Assembly: GCA_964397415.1 (NCBI GenBank)
Contig: CAYNIJ010000010.1
Coordinates: 22,021 to 86,020, forward strand
Direction of reading: 5' to 3'
Source of the DNA: an uncultured Ignavibacteriales bacterium
GTDB taxonomy: Bacteria; Zixibacteria; MSB-5A5; GN15; FEB-12
DNA length: 64,000 nt
Shown here: one piece after another, positions 49,141 to 58,827 of the stretch
Position numbering within the stretch: the stretch's first letter is position 1
Layout of the letters: every line of letters begins with the position of its first letter
Notes under the pieces: model-generated
Told to the model about the DNA's origin: nothing
Databases searched by the model: none
The model's input: the letters and a program-made list of their open reading frames with translations, nothing else
Program-made: the position numbers and the translations under genes

Positions 49141-49986
49141 ATGATGACCAAGCCAATCTGTCGAATCCTGCTGTTTCTGGTCGTATGCGGCGCTTTCTCT
49201 ATTGCCGGCGCACAGGAGAAACCGGTGCTCCTGCTTTATGCCTTCTCTGAAGAAGGGAAAACAGTCGCCGCCTCAATGGCTGTCAACGACCGCGACACAG
49301 TACTCGGCCGCGAGGTCCTGATCGGCACTCTCTCCGGCCAATCGATCATCTTTGCCGAAACTGGCGTCGGTATGTCCAATGCCGCCATGACCACTCAGTC
49401 GCTAATCGACCGCTACTCCCCCCGCTGTCTGTTGCTGACTGGCATCGCGGGTGGAATTGATACAGCGGTGAATATCGGCGACATAACCGCGCCTTCGGTC
49501 TGGATCGAGCACGATTACGGCTATTTTGGGGAAAATGGATTCGAGCCGGAGAGCCTGAAGATATTCGATGCCGCCCTCGGCAAACTGGTCCGGGCACGAG
49601 AGTTTAATGCCGACGGTTCGCTGTTGGCGATCGCTCAGAAGATTCCCATTGACTCCCTCACCATGAGCCCGATCAACGGCCGCACGCCGCGATTGACCAT
49701 CGGAGGTGTCGGGGTAAGCGGGAATCAGTTCATCGACAATAAAGAACACCGCGCCTGGTTGAGCGCGGAGTTCGCTGCTTTGGTCACCGATATGGAGTCG
49801 GCCGCAGTAGCGCAGGTCTGCACCGTTAACGGACTGCCGTTTCTGATATTCCGTTCAGCTTCCGACCTGGCCGGCGGGTCTGGCTCCTCGACCGCCGATA
49901 CAGAGATCAAAGAGTTCTTCACGGTGGCGGCGAAAAACTCTTCAGTGGTGCTGTTAGCTTTCCTGGAACAGATGGGTCACGAATAA
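49141..49986 (+). CDS. Exported PNP/UDP-family nucleosidase (MTA/SAH-nucleosidase-like)
   Basis: ATG at 49141 gives the signal peptide MMTKPICRILLFLVVCGAFSIAGAQ. LLLTGIAGGID and FRSASDLAGG motifs of the PNP_UDP_1 fold. Confidence 0.65.
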   Translation: MMTKPICRILLFLVVCGAFSIAGAQEKPVLLLYAFSEEGKTVAASMAVNDRDTVLGREVLIGTLSGQSIIFAETGVGMSNAAMTTQSLIDRYSPRCLLLTGIAGGIDTAVNIGDITAPSVWIEHDYGYFGENGFEPESLKIFDAALGKLVRAREFNADGSLLAIAQKIPIDSLTMSPINGRTPRLTIGGVGVSGNQFIDNKEHRAWLSAEFAALVTDMESAAVAQVCTVNGLPFLIFRSASDLAGGSGSSTADTEIKEFFTVAAKNSSVVLLAFLEQMGHE

Positions 49987-49991
49987 ACGCT

Positions 49992-50612
49992 CTACCGCAT
50001 TATCACCGCACGGGTCGAGTCGAACATCAATAGCTCATCCGCGTTATAACGGCCGAATAGCTCTTGAAATCCCATATCCCCCTTGTCCGCGAATGAGATG
50101 CGGTAGATAGCTCGTATTGTCGCCCCCTCCAACCGCTTGTTCTGCGGCCAGTAGAACTTCTTCGGCTTCAATGAGCTACTAACTACCTGAACGCGCATGT
50201 CGTTGAACGGCGATTGGAGCGTGTCCAGCACAGAATCGGGGTAATATTCAAGGGTATCATTCGGGTTCCTACGCGCGCAGAGGCTGTCGACATAAAACTC
50301 GATCTGGGTTGAGTCGTCGGTAATGATAACCGTCAGGTCATGCAGGCAGAACGGGTTGATCGCCCCTGAGAGCATTGCCATGGTCGGGTCGACCACCAGC
50401 CCACGGTTCATTATCTCATGCGAGACCGCCCAGGCCGACACTTGTAGCGCCACCGGCACCCGCTTGAGCGCCTCAGGGTAGACCATCATGGAATCCCGCT
50501 TGTAAACCGGACCCGGCTTGTCACGGGCAACCGTGGTTTCCGCGGATACAATCAGGGCCAGATAGGCGAATAGCAACAGCTTCATATACACAGGTCGAAT
50601 AGTCGACATCAT
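49992..50612 (-). CDS. Hypothetical secreted protein
   Basis: 206 aa. AAGGA SD. Hydrophobic N-terminus KLLLFAYLALIVSAETTVA. No recognisable motif. Confidence 0.45.
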   Translation of the reverse strand: MMSTIRPVYMKLLLFAYLALIVSAETTVARDKPGPVYKRDSMMVYPEALKRVPVALQVSAWAVSHEIMNRGLVVDPTMAMLSGAINPFCLHDLTVIITDDSTQIEFYVDSLCARRNPNDTLEYYPDSVLDTLQSPFNDMRVQVVSSSLKPKKFYWPQNKRLEGATIRAIYRISFADKGDMGFQELFGRYNADELLMFDSTRAVIMR

Positions 50613-50633
50613 TTGTTCCTTTAGTTACTCAAA

Positions 50634-50666
50634 CGGCGAGAGACATCTGTTATACGTCCCTCGCCG
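50634..50666 (-). terminator. Hairpin after the SPFH gene (putative terminator)
   Basis: cggcgag / ctcgccg 7-bp stem plus 3 further pairs after one mismatch. Followed on the minus strand by UUUGAG. Lies 23 nt after the stop. Confidence 0.4.
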
Positions 50667-50688
50667 TAAAATCTCCCGCGCATGGGTG

Positions 50689-51471
50689 TTATTTCTGCGG
50701 CGTGTTTGCCTCAAGATAATTCTTGAACGCGCCGAGCAGGTCGATCGGGACAGGGAAGATAAGCGTACTGTTCTTTTCCGCCGAAACCTCGACCAAGGTC
50801 TGCAGGAATCTCAACTGCATCGCGTTCGGGGCCGTCGACATGACGTTGGCCGCATCGGCCAGCTTCTGCGAAGCCTGGAATTCACCTTCGGCATGGATGA
50901 CTTTCGAGCGGCGTTCGCGCTCGGCTTCGGCTTGACGGGCCATCGCGCGGGTCATTTCCGGCGCCAGATCAACATTCTTGACCTCGACCACCGAAACCTT
51001 TACTCCCCACGGTTCAGTCTGGCCATCAATGATCTTCTGTAGTTCGACATTGATCTTCTCACGGTTGGCCAGCAGGTCATCCAGTTCGACCTGGCCAAGC
51101 ACCGAGCGAAGCGTTGTCTGGGCGATTTGATTGGTCGCCTCAAAGAAGTTCGCGACCGACACGACCGCCTTGTTCGGGTCTACCACTTGAAAATAAAGCA
51201 CCGCGTTGACTTTGATAGAGACGTTGTCACGGGTGATTACATCTTGTGGCGGGACATCGTAGGTGATCGTTCGAAGGTCGATTCGCATCATCTTATCGAT
51301 GATCGGGATCAGGATGATCAATCCCGGCCCTTTGGCGCCGATCAAGCGACCCAACCGGAAAATGACGCCCCGTTCATACTCCCGCAATATCTTGAGCATG
51401 TTGAACAGAAGTATCAACACGAAGAAGATGACAATCGCCGCCGGCAGAAAATTCAGATTCGGACCTTCCAT
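50689..51471 (-). CDS. SPFH/Band-7 (stomatin-like) membrane protein
   Basis: 260 aa. N-terminal TM helix, [13 protein letters not shown] start of the SPFH domain, Ala/Glu-rich coiled tail. Paired with NfeD upstream. Confidence 0.88.
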   Translation of the reverse strand: MEGPNLNFLPAAIVIFFVLILLFNMLKILREYERGVIFRLGRLIGAKGPGLIILIPIIDKMMRIDLRTITYDVPPQDVITRDNVSIKVNAVLYFQVVDPNKAVVSVANFFEATNQIAQTTLRSVLGQVELDDLLANREKINVELQKIIDGQTEPWGVKVSVVEVKNVDLAPEMTRAMARQAEAERERRSKVIHAEGEFQASQKLADAANVMSTAPNAMQLRFLQTLVEVSAEKNSTLIFPVPIDLLGAFKNYLEANTPQK

Positions 51472-51485
51472 ATCACTATCCTCCG

Positions 51486-52913
51486 TTATGATTGATGCTT
51501 GCGTACTTTCAACGTAAGGCTGTCGACCGAGATCACTTCCACTTCGTCACCGGTCGCGATCGCCTCATCCGAGGTCACTTTCCAGAGCGCCCCTTCTATA
51601 TAGACAAATCCCTCACTGTGCATGGTCCCGGTTCGCCCGATCATGGCAGATTGACCAGAAAAAGGCTTCCGCATCCTCGCTTTGTACACCAGATAAAACA
51701 TCACGACAAGCGTGATGCCGATCAACAGAGATACAGTTGTCAAAATCGATTTGGAAACCCTCAGGTTCGGGTCGACAGTATCAACCAGCATGAGCCCGCC
51801 AAGGAAAAGAGCGATAACTCCCCCGACTGTTAGCAAACCATGACTGACCACTTTTATCTCCGCAATGAACAAGATGATCGCCAGCACAATCAGCGCCGCC
51901 CCCGCCCAGTTGATCGGCAATGTCTGGAACGAGTAGAAAGCGAGGATCAACGCGATTGCGCCAATCACACCGGGAAGTATCGAACCGGGGTTGTATAGCT
52001 CCAGCACAATACCCAACCCGCCGATCGAGAACAGAATGAATGCGATATCCGGCTGGGTCAGCAATTCCAGTAGCTTGTAGGCGAACGATATTCTCACTGT
52101 CTCCGTGCGGGCATTGGTGAGATTCATTACTAACTTGCCGGACGGTAATTCTGTCTCCCGCCCGTTTATCTGGCGAAGCAGATCGTCGTAGTTTTCGGCG
52201 CGAATATCGATCACATTTGAATCCAGCGCTTCTTTGTCAGTTATGGATACTGACTGCCGTACCGCCTGCTCTGCCCAGGTAACATTTCTTCCGCGCTTGT
52301 CGGCAAACGCCTTTATCTGTGCGGCCGCGTCGTTGGTGATCTTCTCGTTCATCACCGAATCGATCTCCTGCCCGCCGCCGGCGACCGGGTGTGCCGCGCC
52401 GATATTCGTAGAGTGCGCCATCGCCGCGAAATGCGCCGCATACGTCATATAGACACCTGCCGAGCCGGCTCTTGCTCCCGATGGCGCTATATAGATACAG
52501 ATCGGCACTGGACTATTGAGGAAACGCTTGGTTATCGACCATGTCGGTTTGGTGAACCCGCCCGGGGTATCCAGATAGATCACTAGAAGCGCCGCATGCT
52601 CCTTCTCCGCCTTCTCTATTGCATCCTCGATTCGATTGTCGGTGACCGCTCCGATAGTGCCATCAATATCCAGTCGAATGACCAAAGGACGTTCGCCAGT
52701 TCGAATCAGCGAATCGATATCGGGTCTGGTATGCTTCGATGTGTCGCCCGGTTGTCGGACCGCCGAATCTACCTGCGCCAGCACCGACTCAATCGGCTGG
52801 TAGTAGCCGGACTGCGCATATGCAGGCTCGGCGACAATCAGTTTGATTGTGAACGAAATGATCGGACTGACGAGTAGGAATCCGAAGAGAATCAGGAGAA
52901 GCTTCTTTTTCAT
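51486..52913 (-). CDS. NfeD-family membrane-bound ClpP-class serine protease
   Basis: The ATG at 52913 (GGGGAAAGG SD) gives [15 protein letters not shown]. ClpP-like N-domain, 4-5 TM helices, C-terminal NfeD OB domain ([23 protein letters not shown]). Confidence 0.85.
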   Translation of the reverse strand: MKKKLLLILFGFLLVSPIISFTIKLIVAEPAYAQSGYYQPIESVLAQVDSAVRQPGDTSKHTRPDIDSLIRTGERPLVIRLDIDGTIGAVTDNRIEDAIEKAEKEHAALLVIYLDTPGGFTKPTWSITKRFLNSPVPICIYIAPSGARAGSAGVYMTYAAHFAAMAHSTNIGAAHPVAGGGQEIDSVMNEKITNDAAAQIKAFADKRGRNVTWAEQAVRQSVSITDKEALDSNVIDIRAENYDDLLRQINGRETELPSGKLVMNLTNARTETVRISFAYKLLELLTQPDIAFILFSIGGLGIVLELYNPGSILPGVIGAIALILAFYSFQTLPINWAGAALIVLAIILFIAEIKVVSHGLLTVGGVIALFLGGLMLVDTVDPNLRVSKSILTTVSLLIGITLVVMFYLVYKARMRKPFSGQSAMIGRTGTMHSEGFVYIEGALWKVTSDEAIATGDEVEVISVDSLTLKVRKHQS

Positions 52914-52938
52914 AGGTCGACCTTTCCCCGATAGTAAC

Positions 52939-52968
52939 AATATGACTCCCCAATCCCTGCCGTGTCAA
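52939..52968 (-). promoter_or_regulatory. Putative promoter TTGACA-18-CATATT for the NfeD/SPFH operon
   Basis: tgtcaa at 52963-52968, aatatg at 52939-52944. Places the track start codon (52940) inside the -10 box, which supports the ATG at 52913. Confidence 0.4.
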
Positions 52969-53017
52969 CCTAAATACTTGTGATTAAATAGATTATTCAA
53001 TCACATCCGAGGTCTAT

Positions 53018-54607
53018 TTATCGCCAATCCTTGCCCGACCTGGAGTATACCGGCCGCCCGTTTAGTACTGTTGAGTGGACAGCCAGGTCGTAGAGCTTGG
53101 AGGCCGCCACACGGGTCGGATCTTCAGCCAGCACCACAAAGTCTGCCGGATAACCGGGAAGCAGGTATCCCCGCTCATGTTCTTGCCCGCATGCGATGGC
53201 CGGGCCAACCGTAAACCGAAACAGCGCTTCCGCCGCGGTGATCCTCTCTTCAGGATAAAGTGTATCGTTGGATCCCTGGCGAGCCCGACGGACTGCCGCC
53301 CCTATCCCGGCTAGCGGGTCCAGTGGTTCGATAGGCGCATCGGAGCCAAAAGCCAAATCGATCCCCTTGTCGATAAGAGTGCGGAAGACGTATGCGTCCT
53401 TACCCCGCTCTCCCCAGTATTTCCGGACGATCCCGATGTCTGAAGGACAGTGCGATGGTTGCATAGATGCCACAATGCGGAGTTTCTTCACACGCGCGAT
53501 ATCTGACCGCCTCACCAACTGGAGATGCTCAATCCGGTTGCGCGCGCCAAAGTCTGGCAGAGGAACTGCCTCAAAGGCATCAAGCACGTTGGAGACCGCC
53601 TTATCGCCGATCGCATGGATAGCGGCCGGCAAATTAAGTCGACGAGCCTCGCGAATCAGACGGATCATCTCTCTGGTCGACGTCACCTCTATGCCAAAGT
53701 TGTCTTTTGAACCAATGTACTTCTTGAAACAAAGGGCCGTCTGGCTCCCCAGCGCGCCATCGGCGAAGATCTTGACTCCGGCTATCCGAAAGAATGGCGT
53801 GCCGAGCCCGTAATAGACCTTGTTCTTGAGCAATTGCGGAAGGAGCGCCGCTCCCGGATAGTAATTCACCCGCAGTCCCATCTTCCCGGACGCCGCAAGT
53901 TCCATGTAGTACTGGTACCCATCGGGGCCATCGAACGAATGAACGCCGGTCACTCCTTTGCGGTACGCATAGTCCAGGGCTTGCTTGTACCGTCGGTCCA
54001 CTTCTTTCCGCGAAGGCTGCCCTATCTTTTGCCAAACCGGATCATAGGCTGACTTTTCTCTCAGAATGCCACTCGGGGTGCCGTCAGAAAGTCGTTCAAT
54101 CGTACCCCCCTCAGGATCGCGTGTGGATTTCTTGATTCCCGCGATCTCGAGTGCCCGGCTATTGACCCATGCGGAGTGCATATCTTTGGAGAAAATGAAC
54201 GCCGGCCGTCCCCCGGTCACCGCGTCAAGCATTTGCCTATCCGGCTCCACTCTCTTTGTGAAGCGGTCGGGCGAATAACCGTCGCCGACGATCCACTCGT
54301 CCTTAGACTGCTTGGACGAGAATTCTTTGATGCGCGCCAGACACTTTTCAATCGTCGGAAGTCCGTCCAGTTGCACACGCCCGAGCGACAGCGCGAAATA
54401 GTAGAAATGAGTGTGCGCGTCGACCAGACCGGGAACAATAGTAGCGCCTTTCAGGTCGACCTTTGAGTACCCTTTGAGATCGGGGTCCTTTTCCAGGGCA
54501 TTTCCGACCGCGACAACTCGGTCATTCGCAACCGCCATCGAATTAACTACCTGATAATCGGCCTGGATATGAACGCGGCCGTTATAGAACAAAGTCTTCA
54601 TGGTCAA
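53018..54607 (-). CDS. Metal-dependent amidohydrolase (Amidohydro_3 / YtcJ-like)
   Basis: 529 aa. GLVDAHTHFYY metal site, AIHAIGD, GSDAPIEP. Overlaps the selB 3' end by about 20-26 nt. Confidence 0.8.
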   Translation of the reverse strand: MTMKTLFYNGRVHIQADYQVVNSMAVANDRVVAVGNALEKDPDLKGYSKVDLKGATIVPGLVDAHTHFYYFALSLGRVQLDGLPTIEKCLARIKEFSSKQSKDEWIVGDGYSPDRFTKRVEPDRQMLDAVTGGRPAFIFSKDMHSAWVNSRALEIAGIKKSTRDPEGGTIERLSDGTPSGILREKSAYDPVWQKIGQPSRKEVDRRYKQALDYAYRKGVTGVHSFDGPDGYQYYMELAASGKMGLRVNYYPGAALLPQLLKNKVYYGLGTPFFRIAGVKIFADGALGSQTALCFKKYIGSKDNFGIEVTSTREMIRLIREARRLNLPAAIHAIGDKAVSNVLDAFEAVPLPDFGARNRIEHLQLVRRSDIARVKKLRIVASMQPSHCPSDIGIVRKYWGERGKDAYVFRTLIDKGIDLAFGSDAPIEPLDPLAGIGAAVRRARQGSNDTLYPEERITAAEALFRFTVGPAIACGQEHERGYLLPGYPADFVVLAEDPTRVAASKLYDLAVHSTVLNGRPVYSRSGKDWR

Positions 54608-56486
54608 AGCGTGCTCCCTTGATGCGCAGGTCCCCCTGCCGTTCCGTTAGTTTCAGGCGGTCTGATTCTTCGAGTATCGGGATCGCGTACTTGCGGCTGA
54701 AACCGAACCGCTCGCGCAATTCTGTCACCGCGAAATTACCGGATGCGTTCAGCCTCTCCCGAATATACGCCACTACTTCCTGCCAGACCTCCTCCAGAAG
54801 CAGGAACTCGGCCCCGCACTTGTGAGCTTCGCGCGATTCGATAATATAGCGGATCGCTTCCTGATAATGTTTCCCCTGCGCGGCAAAGGACTGGAGCGGC
54901 GGTGGGGCATATTTATCGGCGCGAAGAGCGGCCATGATCTTGTCATGTGCGTCCTTGTAGATGCCTTTCAAGGTCATGCCACGACCGGAAAGATCAAAGA
55001 AATCGCCGGTTCGGGTGACCTCGCCATTGGCGATCAGGTAATCAAGCAGCAACGCCACGGTATCCTGACTACGATTCATTCGCTCGGTCAGTTGCGACAA
55101 CGTGATGCCTTTGAGGTGAGGCTGTTCTTTAAGAAAGACCGTGACCGCTTCTTTCAGATGGCTGATTTCCGATTTCAAGTGATCGACCTGATACCACAGC
55201 TTCTCGAAACGCGCAACCTTTCCTTCGGCCGTAAGGGCTACCAAAATGCGCGACGCTTCCGCCTCGGACAAATCCGACTCGCGCAGAAAAGTCTCAGCGG
55301 GTGCAAGTACGCGCTTGATCAACTCCGAACTTACGAGGTCAGTGGTTGAACCTGTTGCCCGCATTCGCAAATAGCTCAGCATATCCAGTTCCCTGCGACG
55401 GGGAAACGCCGCCAAATGATCTAGCACTACCCCGCCGCCAAGTGTGACCATGGGAGTGGGCAGTCGCAGAATGCATCGGTCGTAAACCAACGAATAGACC
55501 GGGTCATCTGGTCGGAAAAACGCCAGACCAGATCGTCCAGTGCCTATCTCCGCTTGGTCGAACATCCGTATTTCCCCCTCGGCCTCGGTGGTACCGACGA
55601 TCAGTAGTACACGCCGTCGATCCTCGAGTGAGACTGGCGCGTTAGGCAGCATTTGAATCGAGAGCGCCAGCACCGGGTGTTCCCGGAAGTAGCTCAGGTC
55701 TGTACGGTCGGAGATCACTCCCCCGCGCACCAGCTCCGTCCTCTCGACTCCGGTCACGGCGACCGCCGTGCGGCTTCCTGGTGAAACAGAATTGACTTCC
55801 TCATTATGCGATTGCAGTGATCTTATCTTGCCGGTCTTGGTAGTTGGCCAAACTGACACAGGTTGTCCTACGGACAGCGTTCCTCCACGCAACGTGCCGG
55901 TCACCACCCCGCCTATCCCCTGTCGCACAAACGTCCGGTCGATATACAGCCGCGCTTTGCCGATATCCTTCCTGGCCGCAATAGTGCCAGGCAAAGTATC
56001 GAGATGCCGCCTGAGTTCTTCAAATCCCACGCCAGTTGTGGCTGAGAGCCTGAAGATAGGCGAATTCGCCAAGAATGATCCGGCCAGCCTCGAGCGGAGA
56101 TCCTTTTCCAGCAACTGCAGCCAGTCCGACTCAACCAGATCGCATTTATTCAGCGCGATCATCCCATGTTTCACGCCCAACAGCTTGACTATCTGGAAGT
56201 GCTCCTCACTCTGCGGCATCCAGCCATCATCGGCCGCAACCACCAGCATGACGGCATCGATCCCACCCGCGCCTGCGATCATATTTTTGACGAAACGCTC
56301 ATGTCCGGGAACATCAACAAATGCAATAGTGTGCTTGGTGGGAGTCTCGTAGAACGCGAATCCGAGATCGATCGTCATCCCGCGAGCCTGTTCTTCCGGG
56401 AGACGATCCGGGTCGGTACCGGTGAGTCGCTTAACGATTGACGATTTCCCGTGATCGATATGACCTGCTGTGCCGATCACCAGCAT
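54582..56486 (-). CDS. selB: Selenocysteine-specific translation elongation factor
   Basis: 634 aa. [25 protein letters not shown]-domain plus a long winged-helix C-terminus. Directly follows selA. Confidence 0.92.
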   Translation of the reverse strand: MLVIGTAGHIDHGKSSIVKRLTGTDPDRLPEEQARGMTIDLGFAFYETPTKHTIAFVDVPGHERFVKNMIAGAGGIDAVMLVVAADDGWMPQSEEHFQIVKLLGVKHGMIALNKCDLVESDWLQLLEKDLRSRLAGSFLANSPIFRLSATTGVGFEELRRHLDTLPGTIAARKDIGKARLYIDRTFVRQGIGGVVTGTLRGGTLSVGQPVSVWPTTKTGKIRSLQSHNEEVNSVSPGSRTAVAVTGVERTELVRGGVISDRTDLSYFREHPVLALSIQMLPNAPVSLEDRRRVLLIVGTTEAEGEIRMFDQAEIGTGRSGLAFFRPDDPVYSLVYDRCILRLPTPMVTLGGGVVLDHLAAFPRRRELDMLSYLRMRATGSTTDLVSSELIKRVLAPAETFLRESDLSEAEASRILVALTAEGKVARFEKLWYQVDHLKSEISHLKEAVTVFLKEQPHLKGITLSQLTERMNRSQDTVALLLDYLIANGEVTRTGDFFDLSGRGMTLKGIYKDAHDKIMAALRADKYAPPPLQSFAAQGKHYQEAIRYIIESREAHKCGAEFLLLEEVWQEVVAYIRERLNASGNFAVTELRERFGFSRKYAIPILEESDRLKLTERQGDLRIKGARFDHEDFVL

Positions 56487-56489
56487 CGG

Positions 56490-57857
56490 TCACTCCTTCA
56501 GCGCAGCACGAATGGCCGACAGCAGATGGGGATAATCGGACACCGGGATCGCTTTGAGGTCGAGGATCAAACGATCCTCCTCGATACGACAGATTATGGG
56601 AGGAGTATGCTGGCGAAATGTCTTCAGAAGCCGCTCCGCCTTGTAGTCCTTCGAGAAGCAGATCGCCACCGAGTGGATCTCTTTTTCCGGAAGGGCTCCC
56701 CCGCCGAGGTAGACTTTTGATGCCTCCACACTGACCCCGGCCGGATTACCGGCGTCGCGAACCAGCGCTTTCCCCCGCTGGTAGAGTTCAGAATCGGGAA
56801 CAGCGAGGCACGACCAGAGTGGAATGTCCACGGTATGGGTGCCATTCAAATAGATCGAGAATAATTGCTCCAGAACAGCAAAGACAACCTTGTCCACTCG
56901 CATCGTACGGAACAATGGGTTCTTCTTGATACTCTTTATAAGTGCGGCGCGACCGACAATCATTCCGGCCTGCACCCCGCCGAGCAGTTTGTCCCCCGAA
57001 AAGCAAGTCAGATCTGCCCCGGCGCGGACCGACTGTTGCACGGTCGGTTCCGCGTATCCCATCACTGGCGCCGTTTCCACAAACACGCCGCCACCGAGAT
57101 CATTGACTACCGGCACATTGGAGCGCTTCCCTAGAGCGACCAGATCCCGGAGAGCAACTTCTTCAGAGAACCCCGCCTGTACGAAATTACTTTTGTGCAC
57201 TTTCAAAATAAGCGCGGTTTGCGAATCTATGTGTGACTCGTAATCAGCGATCGTGGTGATATTTGTGGTGCCGACCTCAATCAGCTTCCCACCGGCCCGC
57301 TTGAGAATATCGGGGATACGAAATCCACCACCTATTTGCACCAATTCCCCTCGTGAGATCAGAACATTCTTCCGATTGGCCCGCGTATTGATGATCAAGA
57401 ACAACGCCGCCGCGCAGTTATTCACGACTGTCCCGGCTTCGGCTTCAGATAATTCCGTCAGATACCGTTCGCACGCCTCACCCCTGTTGCCGCGCGCACC
57501 GGTTCGCAGATCAAACTCGACATTGCAGTAGCCGGTTAGAGTCTCTTTGAGTTTGGCAAAGACCACTTCCGGAAATGGCGCGCGCCCGAGATTAGTATGT
57601 ACCAGGATCCCGGTGGCATTGATCACGCGACGGACCTCCGCTCCCTTGGCCGCGACCAGCGCCTTCTCTATTGATCGATACATCGCGTCCGGGGCCAGTG
57701 GCTTCTTATCCGCGATCAACTTCTCCTTCATTTCCGCGACGGTCGCCTTGACGATTGATGCCGCCACCGGTCTGGGCAACGCATCAATGTACGGCGCCAA
57801 CTGCTCGCTTTGCAGAAGCTCTTCGATCGAGGGGAAATGTCGCGGTTCCGTGATCAT
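56490..57857 (-). CDS. selA: L-seryl-tRNA(Sec) selenium transferase
   Basis: 455 aa. PLP-Lys context FSGDKLLGG. VINATGILVHTNLGRAP. Confidence 0.92.
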   Translation of the reverse strand: MITEPRHFPSIEELLQSEQLAPYIDALPRPVAASIVKATVAEMKEKLIADKKPLAPDAMYRSIEKALVAAKGAEVRRVINATGILVHTNLGRAPFPEVVFAKLKETLTGYCNVEFDLRTGARGNRGEACERYLTELSEAEAGTVVNNCAAALFLIINTRANRKNVLISRGELVQIGGGFRIPDILKRAGGKLIEVGTTNITTIADYESHIDSQTALILKVHKSNFVQAGFSEEVALRDLVALGKRSNVPVVNDLGGGVFVETAPVMGYAEPTVQQSVRAGADLTCFSGDKLLGGVQAGMIVGRAALIKSIKKNPLFRTMRVDKVVFAVLEQLFSIYLNGTHTVDIPLWSCLAVPDSELYQRGKALVRDAGNPAGVSVEASKVYLGGGALPEKEIHSVAICFSKDYKAERLLKTFRQHTPPIICRIEEDRLILDLKAIPVSDYPHLLSAIRAALKE

Positions 57858-58780
57858 TGTTCCGGCCAGAGTGATTTGTTGTACGCGATCTCGGCGAGCA
57901 GTTTCCCGACCTGGCCCAACGATTCGGGAGAGCAGTTCTCCGGAAGATCTTTTTCCGTATGCCAGTACTTATAATCGAAATCGATAAGCACAATAGCCGG
58001 TACTCCTCCCGCGTTGATCGGCAGATGATCATCGATAACTGTATGCCTGACCATATCCTGGAATCCCGACAGATTGAGCCGCTTGGCGGTCTGCCAAACC
58101 ATATCGTTCAGCGGTTCGTTGTAGCGCTGCGAGTACCCTTCGCGGAATACCTGCAGATCCTTGTCGCCTATCAAGTCGATGACGATGCCAAACCGGTATT
58201 TTCCATGTATTCCCTGTTGCGCGAAATACTGCGCGCCGAGAAGATAATACTGGTGGTCACCCTCTTCTCCCCAATCTTCGCCGTCGGTCAATAGCAATTC
58301 GACATCACACGCCGGCGGCTTCTGCGTGAACATATTCGCAAGTTCCATGAGGACCGCGACTCCCGAGGCGCCATCATTGGCTCCAGGCAAAGAATCGGTT
58401 CGTCGGGTCGGATCGGAATGTCTATCCGTTCGCGGACGACTGTCGTAATGTGCCACGAAGAGCAGGGGCGGCAACGAGGCATCGCTTCCCTTGGCCCGTG
58501 CGATCACATTCACCAGCGGCTTGTCAGTCTTGGAGTACGGGTCGAAGAATTTTGTGGCCTGAAAATCGACCGGCAATCCCAGCTTACTGAAGTGGTCGTG
58601 ATAATATGCCTGGGCTTCCTGCCAGGCCAGTGAACCTGGGACCCGAGGACCGAAAGCGACCTGGGCCTCCAAATAGCCAAACGCCCGGTGACTGTCAAAG
58701 GGAGGCGGTTCAACATGGGCCGCCGTACAGCTCAACATGGCGATTACCAGCACTGCAAAAATGGATACGATCCGTTTCAC
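57854..58780 (-). CDS. M28-fold lipoprotein, animal-type glutaminyl cyclase-like
   Basis: 308 aa. Lipobox AMLSC. AHYDSRP, GANDGASGVAVLMELA, TDGEDWG, IDDHLP, YWHTEKD motifs. GTG start, no SD. Confidence 0.7.
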   Translation of the reverse strand: MKRIVSIFAVLVIAMLSCTAAHVEPPPFDSHRAFGYLEAQVAFGPRVPGSLAWQEAQAYYHDHFSKLGLPVDFQATKFFDPYSKTDKPLVNVIARAKGSDASLPPLLFVAHYDSRPRTDRHSDPTRRTDSLPGANDGASGVAVLMELANMFTQKPPACDVELLLTDGEDWGEEGDHQYYLLGAQYFAQQGIHGKYRFGIVIDLIGDKDLQVFREGYSQRYNEPLNDMVWQTAKRLNLSGFQDMVRHTVIDDHLPINAGGVPAIVLIDFDYKYWHTEKDLPENCSPESLGQVGKLLAEIAYNKSLWPEQ

Positions 58781-58786
58781 GGAGAG

Positions 58787-58815
58787 AATGTCGCCACTGG
58801 AGTGAGCAGTGTCAA
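58787..58815 (-). promoter_or_regulatory. Possible promoter TTGACA-17-GACATT, with the -10 box 6 nt from the GTG of the QC-like gene
   Basis: tgtcaa at 58810-58815 (13 nt after the sprA stop), aatgtc at 58787-58792, then ctctcc, then GTG (58780). Weak -10. Confidence 0.3.
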
Positions 58816-58827
58816 CCCAAAAGGATA

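Noticed and set aside
52979-53005. TGTGATT...AATCACA as a CRP-binding site.
   Set aside because: The spacer between the TGTGA and TCACA cores is 17 nt instead of 6. It is kept only as a generic inverted repeat.
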